From positions 2,260-66,259 of the forward strand of contig CAWBEB010000005.1 in the NCBI GenBank assembly GCA_963787745.1: DNA of 64,000 nt, in the 5' to 3' direction. The stretch's first letter is position 1; each line of letters starts with the position of its first letter. This document shows positions 24,520-33,490 of the stretch, piece by piece. Below the pieces are notes generated by a model that searched no databases, was not told where the DNA came from, and worked only from the letters and a program-made list of their open reading frames with translations. The position numbers and the translations under genes were made by a program. This stretch comes from an uncultured Candidatus Micrarchaeota archaeon (GTDB taxonomy: Archaea > Micrarchaeota > Micrarchaeia > Micrarchaeales > Micrarchaeaceae).

Positions 24520-25461
24520 ATGACGCTCGTAATAAAGAAGGTCAAAGGAAAAAGTTATTACTACTCCTTTCTAAGCTATTTTTTGGTCGACAAGTCAAGA
24601 AGCTTCAGTAAATATATCGGGGCTAAGAAACCTGCAGGAAAGGAATTTACTAAAATTGAAAACCGCTTTAAAGAAGAGATTATTAAACGGCTTTCTGGCA
24701 AATCTTATGCTGCAGAATCGATTGAAAAAGGAGAGATCGTAAGGACCTTACTGTTTCGGGATTTATTCGTCCAAAAATATAAAAAAATGACAGAATTAAA
24801 GAAGCGCAAATATGATATTGATAGTACTGTTTTGTTTACCCTCACAACGCTTACAACCGAGGAAGTTGAGGTAAGCTTAGATGACGTCAAGAACGCATTT
24901 GAAAAAGAATCCTCTTTTACGCAAAGGGAAAGGATAAGCAAAAATATGCTCAATGCTGTAGAATCGATTCGAGCGCCCTATCTTCTTGACAAAAATTACC
25001 TGCTTGAGCTACACAGGATGACAATGGCAAGCTTCGAGACCAAAAATCCTGGGCAATTTAGAGATAAGCAGGTATACCTGCATAAAATCGCTGCGGACAA
25101 TCCGATGGGCATAGAACTTAGTTATCGTCCTCCAAGCCCCGATAAGATAAGCGGGCTGATTGATCAATTTATTGACTGGTACAGGAGCAGCACGCTCAAT
25201 CCGATAGAAAAGGCCGCAATGGCGCATTACAAACTATATAGGATCCATCCGTTCCTTGATGGAAATAAAAGAATTTGTAGGTTGATATTCAACAAAACCT
25301 TACTTGATGGGGGTTTCCCGCTATTAAATGTCTCTGTTGAAAAGGAGAATTATTTTGAGGCGCTCATAGAATCAGTAGAGAAGGACCATGTTAAATTTCT
25401 TGTAGAATTTGTCTTAAAACAGTATTATAAGCAGGTCAAAGAGTTCCTCGCCTATAAATAA
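24520..25461 (+). CDS. Fic/DOC family protein (variant motif HPFLDGNKRICR)
   Basis: The Fic core HPFxxGNxRxxR lies at 25246-25281, with Lys replacing the second Gly of the canonical GNGR. The gene is AT-rich. Confidence 0.85.
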   Translation: MTLVIKKVKGKSYYYSFLSYFLVDKSRSFSKYIGAKKPAGKEFTKIENRFKEEIIKRLSGKSYAAESIEKGEIVRTLLFRDLFVQKYKKMTELKKRKYDIDSTVLFTLTTLTTEEVEVSLDDVKNAFEKESSFTQRERISKNMLNAVESIRAPYLLDKNYLLELHRMTMASFETKNPGQFRDKQVYLHKIAADNPMGIELSYRPPSPDKISGLIDQFIDWYRSSTLNPIEKAAMAHYKLYRIHPFLDGNKRICRLIFNKTLLDGGFPLLNVSVEKENYFEALIESVEKDHVKFLVEFVLKQYYKQVKEFLAYK

Positions 25462-25518
25462 TGAAAGGTTTTGTATCGCGTTTGGGGATTGAACAGAGTA
25501 AATAGAAACCTTCTGGGG

Positions 25519-26274
25519 CTATTTTTGAGCAGCATTAGGAACCTGGTAGTTGGGCGAACCTTTGGGAACCAGGCCCAACTCCTTCCATCTCCTGCAAACC
25601 AGGGATCTTGAGACCTTAAGCTTCTTTCTGGCCTGTTCCGAGTCAAGCCCCTTCTCGAATGCCTCGGCAAGCTGTTGGTCAGTCACTCTCTTTTTCATTC
25701 CGGGGGCGACCAAGTCGAGGAATTTCCATCCCCTTGAGATGGTAGACGGGTCAACACCTAGCTTTGCGGCCGCTTCTACGCTGGAAAGCTTTTTTGCATG
25801 CGCGCCTATGAGCTGTTCGTCAGTCACCTTCACCCGCCTGTCTTTCTTAGGCTCGAGATCCAGCTTCTTCCAGCGGGATAGGACGGTCGACGGCCTTACC
25901 AGGAGGCGAACCGCGGCTTCGCCTGTGGAAAGCCTGCTTTTGTGTGCGAGTTTGAACTGTTCGTCAGGCAGCCTCTTTTTTCCGCTGGCCGACCTCCCGT
26001 TGTACAAATGCGGCTCCAGGTTCAGCTTCCTCTGCCGTTTTACCACAGTGTCTGGATGGAGGTCCAGTTTTGCGGCTGCCACAAGCGGGTGGAGGCGCTG
26101 CCTGTGGACCTCCACGAAGTTTTCGTCCGAAAGAACCCTGACCGGCGGCGGGCTTTGCTCGCGCCTCAGGGTCTTCTCGATTGGTTTCGGCACTTTGAAG
26201 AATAGCAGGGCCTCCGGAGTCAGGGTGTCCTGGCGAAGGGTAATCCTAGCGGTTCTTGTTTGGGTTGATATCAT
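25519..26274 (-). CDS. DNA-binding protein with four tandem ~45-aa helix-turn-helix repeats
   Basis: Repeat units: LHPLVAAAKLDLHPDTVVKRQRKLNLEP / LSTGEAAVRLLVRPSTVLSRWKKLDLEP / LSSVEAAAKLGVDPSTISRGWKFLDLVAP / LDSEQARKKLKVSRSLVCRRWKELGLVP. Confidence 0.6.
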   Translation of the reverse strand: MISTQTRTARITLRQDTLTPEALLFFKVPKPIEKTLRREQSPPPVRVLSDENFVEVHRQRLHPLVAAAKLDLHPDTVVKRQRKLNLEPHLYNGRSASGKKRLPDEQFKLAHKSRLSTGEAAVRLLVRPSTVLSRWKKLDLEPKKDRRVKVTDEQLIGAHAKKLSSVEAAAKLGVDPSTISRGWKFLDLVAPGMKKRVTDQQLAEAFEKGLDSEQARKKLKVSRSLVCRRWKELGLVPKGSPNYQVPNAAQK

Positions 26275-26370
26275 TTAGATGCCTTCTGCTGGTTGATTAA
26301 ACTTCAATATATCAAGTTCGGATGGTCTTTAAACCCTACCCTAAATCGGGATTAATGGAAGTGCGACGGG

Positions 26371-26934
26371 CTATCTTTTTGAATTGAGGAGGTAGCCGCC
26401 GAATAGCAGCGCCCAGAGGAATACGGGATAGGCGATCATGCGCTCCATCCCGCCGTGGCCCAGGCCGAGCGTGGTGTGGAAGCCCACGGCAATAACAAAT
26501 GCGAGCAGGGTTATACCTCCGAGTACCGCCGCGATATACCTTATCGGCCCCTTCATCATCCTGGCGCTGTTGATGGCCGTTATCCCCCCACCCACAAAGG
26601 CGAAGGCGGCGAAGGTGTAGTGGAATATGCCGGTCGTTTCAGGGCAGGCGCCAACGCCGAACGCTGCTATGCCCACTATCGCAACGAGAATCGACATGGA
26701 ACGAAACTTGAGCGTCTTCCAGCTCAGCATCACCGCGAGCACCAGAAGCGCGCCGAGAAGCATTATGGAGGCGTTGAATATCGGAGCGGTCGAACCGACG
26801 CCGAGGTCGCTTATGTAGTTGGTGGAGACGCTATAGTGCGGGTAGAGTATCTCGGCCAGTATCATGAACATCATGAACTGCACCATCCCCGCCGCTACGA
26901 GGAAGCCAGCAATCCTGTTGCCGCCAACTTTCAT
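26371..26934 (-). CDS. DUF998-like integral membrane protein
   Basis: About six TM helices with YPHYSVSTNYISDLG after TM1, as in the DUF998 family. Confidence 0.55.
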   Translation of the reverse strand: MKVGGNRIAGFLVAAGMVQFMMFMILAEILYPHYSVSTNYISDLGVGSTAPIFNASIMLLGALLVLAVMLSWKTLKFRSMSILVAIVGIAAFGVGACPETTGIFHYTFAAFAFVGGGITAINSARMMKGPIRYIAAVLGGITLLAFVIAVGFHTTLGLGHGGMERMIAYPVFLWALLFGGYLLNSKR

Positions 26935-27019
26935 GGAACTACATCGATGGCAACCTTTTTAAAGTGGGGGCTGCAGGGCAGATTTAAGTATCTGAACCGG
27001 CTGACCAATATCCGATATT

Positions 27020-27829
27020 ATGAACAAGCTCGCCGAGAGGATAGCCGTACCGACTACCGGAAAGACCATAATTGAGGCGCGGGACCAGGTCATGGCCCTC
27101 AATGCGATGGGGGTTGCGGTCATCGAGCTGAGGCTCGATGCGATAAGGAACCTTTCATCCCAGAACATGGGCGAGCTGCTAGTGCCCCACAGGGGATCCA
27201 GTCTGCTGGTAACCAATAGGCGCATGGAGGAGGCATTCCCAGACAGGGCCACCTTCGGCTTCAAGAACGGGTTCGAAGGGGACAGGATATTCTACCTCAG
27301 GCGCTTTAGCTACCTTGCAGAGATGGTTGACGTCGAGATGGGGGCCTATTTCCCGATATCCAAGTTTGCGATGGCAAAGGCTGTCGGGTCGGCGCACTTT
27401 CCCCTAATGCCATCTGACGAAAAGCTATGGCAGGCATACAGGGAGGCGGCCGCCAAGGAGGAGGTAAAGATGGTGAAGATATGTCCCACGTCCCAAAGCT
27501 GGGAGGACAGCAGGAGGTTCCTTCGTTTCACGGATTCTGTCGTTAAAGAGGGCGGCAAGCCCATAATAGCCCCTGCGATGAGCCCCGCGCAGCAGGTGGG
27601 GGGCGAACGGCAAGGCAGCTACGGAGAGATTGTCAGGGTGCTTACGCTATTTTACGGGGGCTACCTTACTTTCGCGAGGATGGGGCAGGGATCTGCGCCG
27701 GGGCAGATATCCTATGAGGAGATGCCGCGGCTCATGGCGAACGTCGAGGGGGTGGGGCTCCCGGACCTGGAAAGGATCGACGGTGAAGGCCTCCGCCAGT
27801 ACGCGGGAAAGATAGGGCTCAGGGGCTAG
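27020..27829 (+). CDS. aroD: 3-Dehydroquinate dehydratase, type I-like
   Basis: VIELRLD near the N-terminus. SAHF (catalytic His position), VKMVKIC (Schiff-base Lys position) and SAPGQISYEE parallel the enterobacterial AroD blocks NHDF, IPKIA and SAPGQIS. Confidence 0.7.
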   Translation: MNKLAERIAVPTTGKTIIEARDQVMALNAMGVAVIELRLDAIRNLSSQNMGELLVPHRGSSLLVTNRRMEEAFPDRATFGFKNGFEGDRIFYLRRFSYLAEMVDVEMGAYFPISKFAMAKAVGSAHFPLMPSDEKLWQAYREAAAKEEVKMVKICPTSQSWEDSRRFLRFTDSVVKEGGKPIIAPAMSPAQQVGGERQGSYGEIVRVLTLFYGGYLTFARMGQGSAPGQISYEEMPRLMANVEGVGLPDLERIDGEGLRQYAGKIGLRG

Positions 27830-27870
27830 AGTTCGCAACGTTTTTATTCCTGCGCATACCAGCCTAAATC

Positions 27871-28167
27871 ATGAGGACTTGCAGATCAATACTAGGATCC
27901 GTAGCGGGAGGCGTAGTTATAACGCTGATTACGGGGTTATACAGCAACGGCCTTATCGGAGCCACGAGGTTCGGATTTCCGATTTATTGGCTGGTCAGGA
28001 GAGTTCTGGCGCCCCAGTACAACCCATGGCACATATACGTTATCGGCCTGGTAGTCGACATTGTAATCTGGACGCTTATCATAGAGATAATCTATCTCGC
28101 AGGCAGGGTCCTAAAGAAGGGCGACTCCAAACCGCGGGCGAAGCAGAAGGCTAGAAGGAGACGCTGA
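27871..28167 (+). CDS. Small membrane protein with basic C-terminal tail
   Basis: 98 aa with two or three hydrophobic helices and the tail KKGDSKPRAKQKARRRR. Confidence 0.45.
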   Translation: MRTCRSILGSVAGGVVITLITGLYSNGLIGATRFGFPIYWLVRRVLAPQYNPWHIYVIGLVVDIVIWTLIIEIIYLAGRVLKKGDSKPRAKQKARRRR

Positions 28168-28740
28168 TTAGTCTCTGACTGTCTTCCCTCCTCCGGCGAG
28201 GTCGACAACCCTGCTGGGCCTGTTATTCAGCGGGCCCGCATCGATTATGTAGTCCACGGATCTCGCTATTGAGGGTTCTATCTCATCGATTGAGGCCATG
28301 TGTGGCTTGCCGCTGAGGTTGACCGAGGTCGTGACGAACGGGATTGCGGCGCGGGCAATTACCTTGGCGAACCAGTTGTCGGGTATCCTGACGCCAATGG
28401 TGCCGAGTCCCCCGTTTACCTCGGTTGAAATTGCCCCGCTCTTTGATAGCTTGAGGATGAATGTGTAGGGCCCGGGGAGCTTCTCCAGCCATTCCTTCGC
28501 CTTTGGATTGACAATGCAGTTGCGGTTTATCCATTCGCGGGAGGGTGCAACGACCGAGAAGGGCTTGGAGTCCCTCTGCTTCATCGCCCGGATCCTTTTC
28601 ACAGAGGCGCCCCGGGTCGCATCGCATCCGATCCCATATATGGTGTCGGTGGGGTAGACGAAGATCTTGCCTGCCCTTATCTCTTTTAGCATCTCCTGGA
28701 TTCTGGACTCGATGCCGGCCCGGTCCAGGATCTCGCTCAT
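28168..28740 (-). CDS. tsaC: L-threonylcarbamoyladenylate synthase, YrdC/Sua5 family (short form)
   Basis: IFVYPTDTIYGIGCDA...KQRDSKPFSVVAP...PGPYTFIL...GVRIPD...TSVNLSGKP. Confidence 0.85.
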   Translation of the reverse strand: MSEILDRAGIESRIQEMLKEIRAGKIFVYPTDTIYGIGCDATRGASVKRIRAMKQRDSKPFSVVAPSREWINRNCIVNPKAKEWLEKLPGPYTFILKLSKSGAISTEVNGGLGTIGVRIPDNWFAKVIARAAIPFVTTSVNLSGKPHMASIDEIEPSIARSVDYIIDAGPLNNRPSRVVDLAGGGKTVRD

Positions 28741-29453
28741 ATCAGGTTCACCAGGAACCCGACGATGAATCCCATGAATATGCCTACGTATACCAGCTTC
28801 TGCTTCATGTTGTCAACATCCCTGACCTGGTGCCTTATCATCGGTATTATCACGTAGAGGATCGCGCCCACCGCAAGGCCGTCGAATATGATGTTGAACA
28901 GGGTCGAGCTGAAGAAGAAGCCTATGGTTCCGCCAAGTATGGTCGGTATTCCACCCACCAGGAAGAGCGCCGGGATCATCCACTTCCTCTTGTCCTTCTT
29001 GCCCACCATCGGGGCGGCTATAGGGAAACCCTCTGTTATGTTCTGCAGTATGAAGCCGACTAGTATCACCAGCGCTATCCCGGAGAACAGGCCCAATGTT
29101 TTGGCGGCTGACCCAAACACCAACCCCTCGGTAAGGTTCTGTAGGCCTATCCCTATCGCGATCATGAGCGACATCTTAGTCGGGGTAAGGCCGGTCTTTG
29201 AGCCGTTCTCGAAGACGTAGAGCATGAAGAAGCCGATCGCAAGGGAGCCTGCGAAGACGATGCTAAGGAACGGGTCTGCCCCATACCCGGCGAGGGAGCC
29301 GCTCGCATAGAGATGCGGGGCGACATCGGAGAAGATGTCGGCCAGCAGGAATATGAGTATGCCTATGGCCGCCGAGTTCAGGAACCTGGTGACCCGCTCG
29401 CTGGTCTTGCGCCTCAGGACAATGGGCAGGGATATGAATATAGACAGGCCCAT
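28737..29453 (-). CDS. ZIP family divalent-metal transporter
   Basis: Multi-TM protein with GLQNLTEGLVFG and ILQNITEGFPIAAP, the ZupT-like metal-binding helices. It overlaps tsaC by 4 nt (ATGA). Confidence 0.8.
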   Translation of the reverse strand: MGLSIFISLPIVLRRKTSERVTRFLNSAAIGILIFLLADIFSDVAPHLYASGSLAGYGADPFLSIVFAGSLAIGFFMLYVFENGSKTGLTPTKMSLMIAIGIGLQNLTEGLVFGSAAKTLGLFSGIALVILVGFILQNITEGFPIAAPMVGKKDKRKWMIPALFLVGGIPTILGGTIGFFFSSTLFNIIFDGLAVGAILYVIIPMIRHQVRDVDNMKQKLVYVGIFMGFIVGFLVNLI

Positions 29454-29631
29454 TATCAGGGAGAAAAGTATGACGGCAAACAGGTTAGCTATTGGAACAC
29501 CGGACTTTGATTTAGATGCATCTTGTCCCAGAATATTTAAAAGGGTATGCGGGTGGGCGGGATAGGCCCCTCCCTTTTTGCGCGAGGCCGGTCCGCCACT
29601 TATTTATATTTCAAGCGGGCCATAGAGGGTT

Positions 29632-30201
29632 ATGATTACTGCTCGGACATCCGGGGAGGGTGCAGTGAAGCACTTCGGGCCTGTGCATTTGCTTAGGCAG
29701 CCCCGCCTTTCCGATTACATAGAATTGCGTTTGCCAAACAAATCGGACTATGACAGGGTCTTCGAATTCAAAAACGCCCTCCATGGGGAAGGCCTCACAT
29801 TCTTCGGTTCTAGCCAGAGGTTCGGTGCCGAAAAATGGGTTGACTGGGCGGTAGATGCATCTGCAGAAAGGAAGGCCGCGATATCGGTTGCCTCGATCGG
29901 TAACAGAATCGCCGGAGTATCAGAAGTAACCCAGCAGTACTATGGAGAGGGTATTCTTGTAATGGCGGTCGCTCAATGGGCGAGGAGGCAGGGAGTCGGG
30001 GATGCGCTGATGAGCGACGTTCTCCAGAAAAGCCGCAACCTGTTCCCAAGGGTTCTGTTATACGTCAACTTCTCTAACGACGCTGCGCAGGCGCTTTACC
30101 ACAAACACGGATTTAGGCAGTGCATAGGCGATGATGGACCATACCTGAAGATGGAACTTGTTCTTCCTTCAGGGACAACTTCGAAAGCAACTAATCCTTA
30201 A
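29632..30201 (+). CDS. GNAT family N-acetyltransferase
   Basis: VAQWARRQGVGDALMSDVL...NDAAQALYHKHGFRQ. TTATTTATATTT lies about 25 nt upstream of the ATG. Confidence 0.7.
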   Translation: MITARTSGEGAVKHFGPVHLLRQPRLSDYIELRLPNKSDYDRVFEFKNALHGEGLTFFGSSQRFGAEKWVDWAVDASAERKAAISVASIGNRIAGVSEVTQQYYGEGILVMAVAQWARRQGVGDALMSDVLQKSRNLFPRVLLYVNFSNDAAQALYHKHGFRQCIGDDGPYLKMELVLPSGTTSKATNP

Positions 30202-30222
30202 ATAATCATCCTCCCAAACAGC

Positions 30223-30603
30223 TTGGTGGATGAAGTGAAGCTGAACAAGTTGACAAAGGAAGAGGAGGACGTGATAGTGCACAAGGGCACCGAGATGCCT
30301 TTTAGCGGTGAGTACGAGCACAACATTGCGGAAGGCACATATGTCTGCAGGAGGTGCGGCGCAGTGCTTTATAGGTCAAAGGACAAGTTCGACGCAAGGT
30401 GCGGTTGGCCCTCCTTCGACGATGAGGTCAAGGGCGCGGTCAAGAAGATCCCTGACGCAGATGGACAGAGGACGGAGATCCAATGCGCAAGGTGCGGAGC
30501 CCATCTCGGTCACGTCTTTGAGGGGGAGGGGTTCACGCCCAAGAACGTGAGGCACTGCGTTAACTCGATATCCTTAAAGTTCATTCCCGCGGACAAGAAG
30601 TGA
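30223..30603 (+). CDS. msrB: Peptide-methionine (R)-S-oxide reductase
   Basis: [24 protein letters not shown]...[12 protein letters not shown]...RHCVNS has two CxxC zinc motifs and the catalytic RxCxN. The start codon (TTG 30223 or GTG 30226) is uncertain. Confidence 0.9.
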   Translation: MVDEVKLNKLTKEEEDVIVHKGTEMPFSGEYEHNIAEGTYVCRRCGAVLYRSKDKFDARCGWPSFDDEVKGAVKKIPDADGQRTEIQCARCGAHLGHVFEGEGFTPKNVRHCVNSISLKFIPADKK

Positions 30604-30607
30604 GCCC

Positions 30608-31171
30608 ATGGCAAAGGAGCACGAGATAGACATACTTGAGATAAACAAGCCTGAGGCGGCGAGGAGGCTAAGGAAGCTGGGCGCCACTTACAGGGGCCAC
30701 CTGAGGTATAGGAGAATAGAATTCCTGATAGACGGCAAGGTTGGCGGAGGCCACAGCTGGGCGAGGGTAAGGACCGACGGCAAGGAAACCACCATAACTG
30801 TTAAGCGCTTCAGGGGGAAGCACCTGCCCATGGACGAGCACGAGATTTCCACGGGGAACTTTGAGGACGCCGTAAGGCTGATGAGCAGGCTGACAAGATC
30901 CAAGATCTTCTACTTCGAGAACGAGAGGGACGTATACGAGTTGGGCGGGGCGACCATAACCATAGACAAGTGGCCCCTGATACCTCCGTTCATGGAGATA
31001 GAGGGAAAGTCGATGGCCCAGGTGAAGTCGCTCTACAATAGGCTCGGCATCGGAGGCGAGATGGTTGGCAACGCCACCATGGACAGCATATTCAAGAGGT
31101 ACGGCCTGGACTTCAGGAAGGAGATGTCGAAGAAGCAGGAAAAGCTCACGCGCATACTAGAAAAGGACTAG
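30608..31171 (+). CDS. CYTH-domain protein (class IV adenylate cyclase / triphosphatase-like)
   Basis: KEHEIDILEI (ExExK-like start), RVRTDGKETTITVKR, ITIDKWPLIPPFMEIEG. Confidence 0.65.
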   Translation: MAKEHEIDILEINKPEAARRLRKLGATYRGHLRYRRIEFLIDGKVGGGHSWARVRTDGKETTITVKRFRGKHLPMDEHEISTGNFEDAVRLMSRLTRSKIFYFENERDVYELGGATITIDKWPLIPPFMEIEGKSMAQVKSLYNRLGIGGEMVGNATMDSIFKRYGLDFRKEMSKKQEKLTRILEKD

Positions 31172-31980
31172 GCCTTGACAAGCGCCCCATCGAGGGCGTT
31201 CTTGCAGTTGCACATCCTCTCCGATGGGAGATCCTTCACCGTCTCAGTTATTATCGTCTTCACCTTCTCCACGTTCTGGGAGAAGATCTCGATCATGCTT
31301 GAGTACTCTACGGGCGCGATGCCGTCCTGCGCCACAACTCCGGCGTCGTAATCGGTAACTATCCCTATCCCGAGGTAGCACATCGCCTTCTCCCGGACGA
31401 GCGCGGCCTCCGGGTACTGGGTCATGTTTATCAGGTCGAATCCGCTGCTTATGAAACGGCTTGACTCCGCCTTCGTCGAGAACCGCGGACCGTTCACAAC
31501 AACCACGCAGCCGCCGTCCTTGTGGTCTATGCCGAGCTCCGTTGCAGTGGAGGATGCCCTCCCCCTCAGGCCGTTGCAGTAGGGCTCGGCCGTGCTCACA
31601 TGGGCCACCTGCCCCTTGTCGAAGAAGGTGTCGTCGCGGCCCCAGGTCATGTTGACGAACTGGTCGAAGAACACCACGTGCCCCATCCTAAACTCCCTCT
31701 TGAGCGAGCCGCAGGCGGCAGTCGAGATGACCCTCTTGACCCCTAGCGAGCTGAACGCCTCTATGTTGGCCCTGTATGGCACCTTGTGCGGCGGCATCGT
31801 GTGGCCGCTTCCGTGGCGGGGTATGAACGCGACCTTCCTGTCGCCGATCATGCCTATCGCGACCTTGTCGCTCGGCTTGCCGTACTCCGTGTCGATCTCC
31901 ACCATCTCTGCGTTCTCCAAAAGGGAATAGAAACCAGATCCGCCAATTATCCCAACCTCTGCCTCCATGAAATCACTCAA
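31168..31980 (-). CDS. mtnP: S-methyl-5'-thioadenosine phosphorylase / purine nucleoside phosphorylase (PNP/MTAP family)
   Basis: VGIIGGSGFY, FIPRHGSGH, ISTAACGSL, VNGPRFSTKAES, INMTQYPEA. Confidence 0.85.
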   Translation of the reverse strand: MSDFMEAEVGIIGGSGFYSLLENAEMVEIDTEYGKPSDKVAIGMIGDRKVAFIPRHGSGHTMPPHKVPYRANIEAFSSLGVKRVISTAACGSLKREFRMGHVVFFDQFVNMTWGRDDTFFDKGQVAHVSTAEPYCNGLRGRASSTATELGIDHKDGGCVVVVNGPRFSTKAESSRFISSGFDLINMTQYPEAALVREKAMCYLGIGIVTDYDAGVVAQDGIAPVEYSSMIEIFSQNVEKVKTIITETVKDLPSERMCNCKNALDGALVKA

Positions 31981-32294
31981 ACCTCGTCAAGTATTATACG
32001 CTTGCTAAAAGAGCCGCGCGCCTTGGCCTTCGCAACCCTAATTTGTTCTATCTTTGTGAATGTCGTCTTGTTGGCGGCGCACAGCGACCTCAAAACCTCG
32101 AGCAGGTCGGCCAGCTCCTCCGGGTCGCGGCTCTGGCCGTACTCCATCGCCTCCTCCACCAGCTTCTGGGTTAGCTTCTTTTTGTACTCCGCGGCGCCGG
32201 CTCTGTGGGTCTTTGGGTTCCCGCCTGTCGACCTTATTATCTCTGGTATTCTATCCCTCACAAGCTTGTTGCGCTTGGGGAGGGAATCTCCCAT
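31977..32294 (-). CDS. MazG-like nucleoside triphosphate pyrophosphohydrolase (phosphoribosyl-ATP pyrophosphohydrolase-like)
   Basis: KLVRDRIPEIIRSTG...KLVEEAMEY...EELADLLEVL pattern. The ORF-track start 32411 would overlap tRNA-Leu, so ATG 32294 is preferred. Confidence 0.55.
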   Translation of the reverse strand: MGDSLPKRNKLVRDRIPEIIRSTGGNPKTHRAGAAEYKKKLTQKLVEEAMEYGQSRDPEELADLLEVLRSLCAANKTTFTKIEQIRVAKAKARGSFSKRIILDEV

Positions 32295-32398
32295 ATTGCT
32301 TTCGTCGACCCCCCATCCAGTAAGACCCGAACGACCCGCCATGCTAATCAGAAGGAGTAGGAATATATTAACCCTTTCATCCACAATATCGGTTGAAT

Positions 32399-32484
32399 GC
32401 AGGGATAGCAAAGCTTGGCCAAATGCGCTAGATTCAGGGTCTAGTCCCTTAGCGGGTTCGAGAGTTCAAATCTCTCTCCCTGCA
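32399..32484 (+). tRNA. tRNA-Leu (anticodon CAG), long variable arm
   Basis: Acceptor GCAGGGA/TCCCTGC. Anticodon arm CTAGA-TTCAGGG-TCTAG. T arm GAGAG-TTCAAAT-CTCTC. Discriminator A, no CCA. AATATATTA lies about 30 nt upstream. Confidence 0.85.
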
Positions 32485-32684
32485 TTTCAAAATTACGAAG
32501 ACAAAAATCAAAGTTAAAACAGAGTTTAATTTTAAGGGGGATTGCCTTTGGACATAGACAGGGATAAACTATCCCCCTTTCTTATTCTGATTCGTTCAGG
32601 GATTTTTGGCAGCAACGGTTTCGTATCTGAAAATTAAACGGGAAGCCTTAAATAAGTGCAGAACGATAAACATATTGTGATTGG

Positions 32685-32924
32685 ATGCAAAGACAGAGCC
32701 AGATACAGAAAGACGAGAAAACCATCGAGTCTAAACTTGATGAAATAATAAAACGCATTGATGCATTGACTCATATAGTTGAAGAAGAGATCTATCCTCC
32801 CGAAAACCAATTTAAGGCCAGTTACCTAAAAAAAGAGGCAAAGCTTGACAATAAAATAAAGTCCGCGAAGAATAAACTGCGTGCTTTTAGAAACTTTGCA
32901 GAACTAGACCGTTCTATAAGCTAA
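32685..32924 (+). CDS. Putative antitoxin (assigned by position upstream of the RelE-like toxin)
   Basis: 79-aa helical, charged ORF that ends just upstream of the toxin gene. No family recognised. Confidence 0.4.
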   Translation: MQRQSQIQKDEKTIESKLDEIIKRIDALTHIVEEEIYPPENQFKASYLKKEAKLDNKIKSAKNKLRAFRNFAELDRSIS

Positions 32925-32935
32925 GCGTGCATGGA

Positions 32936-33199
32936 ATGGCTTATTCCATTTCGCCCACAAACGAATTTGAAGAATCCTTAGCTAGTATAAAGAAAAGTGA
33001 TAGAGCGCTTTACAATAGATTAGGAAAGAAGATCGATGAACTGCGCATAGAACCGCATTTTAGGAAGCCCCTAAGCAACGCACTTAAAGGCTCGTTTAGG
33101 GTCCACATTGGCCATTTTGTGTTAAGGTACAGGATAGATGAAGGTGCCAAAACCATTATTCTGGTATCTTTCACGCATCATGATGAAGCCTACCGATAG
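32936..33199 (+). CDS. relE: RelE/ParE-family type II toxin
   Basis: IKKSDRALYNRLGKKIDELRIEPHFRKPLSNALKGSFRVHIGHFVLRYRIDEGAKTIILVSFTHHDEAY fits the RelE/ParE consensus (L.g.l.g..r.r.G.yR..Y.i......i....hR..aY). Confidence 0.75.
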   Translation: MAYSISPTNEFEESLASIKKSDRALYNRLGKKIDELRIEPHFRKPLSNALKGSFRVHIGHFVLRYRIDEGAKTIILVSFTHHDEAYR

Positions 33200-33277
33200 A
33201 AACTTGGATGTTAATTGGGTTAGAGTGATTCCACGAGGAAGGTAACAATAAGAGTTGCAGAAAACGAGCTTTTAGCT

Positions 33278-33490
33278 TTGGAAGATACGTTGATGGTATG
33301 GAATCTATGTAAAAGACATAAAACCAAAATTTGGACCCCTGAAACTGGTGCGTTAAGTGACCAAGAGATATTCAAGATTCAGAATGAATGTAAATCATGC
33401 CAAAAATATAATAAAGAAATACGTGGCAAGTCAATGGCAATTATGAGCAGACTTTTCAGTGCTTATGACAAACAAAAACGCAGGGGTTGA
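33278..33490 (+). CDS. Small Cys-containing hypothetical protein
   Basis: 70-aa AT-rich ORF with CKRH...CKSC. It ends just before the islet boundary repeat. Confidence 0.3.
   Translation: MEDTLMVWNLCKRHKTKIWTPETGALSDQEIFKIQNECKSCQKYNKEIRGKSMAIMSRLFSAYDKQKRRG

Larger units (their letters stand above)
24419..25520 (+). mobile_element. ~1.1-kb AT-rich islet at the tRNA-Thr 3' end, carrying only a Fic gene and bounded by a 12-nt direct repeat
   Basis: CCTTCTGGGGCT occurs at 24407-24418 (the tRNA 3' end) and again at 25509-25520. The interior is AT-rich (line 24541-24600 = 20/60 G+C). No integrase. Confidence 0.55.

Noticed and set aside
25470-25490. GTTTGGGGATTGAAC near the right border of the Fic islet resembles the reverse complement of a tRNA T-arm (GTTCAAT-CCC)
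   Set aside because: The match to tRNA-Thr is partial (about 8-9 nt) and in inverted orientation. The exact 12-nt direct repeat at 25509-25520 is the convincing boundary.
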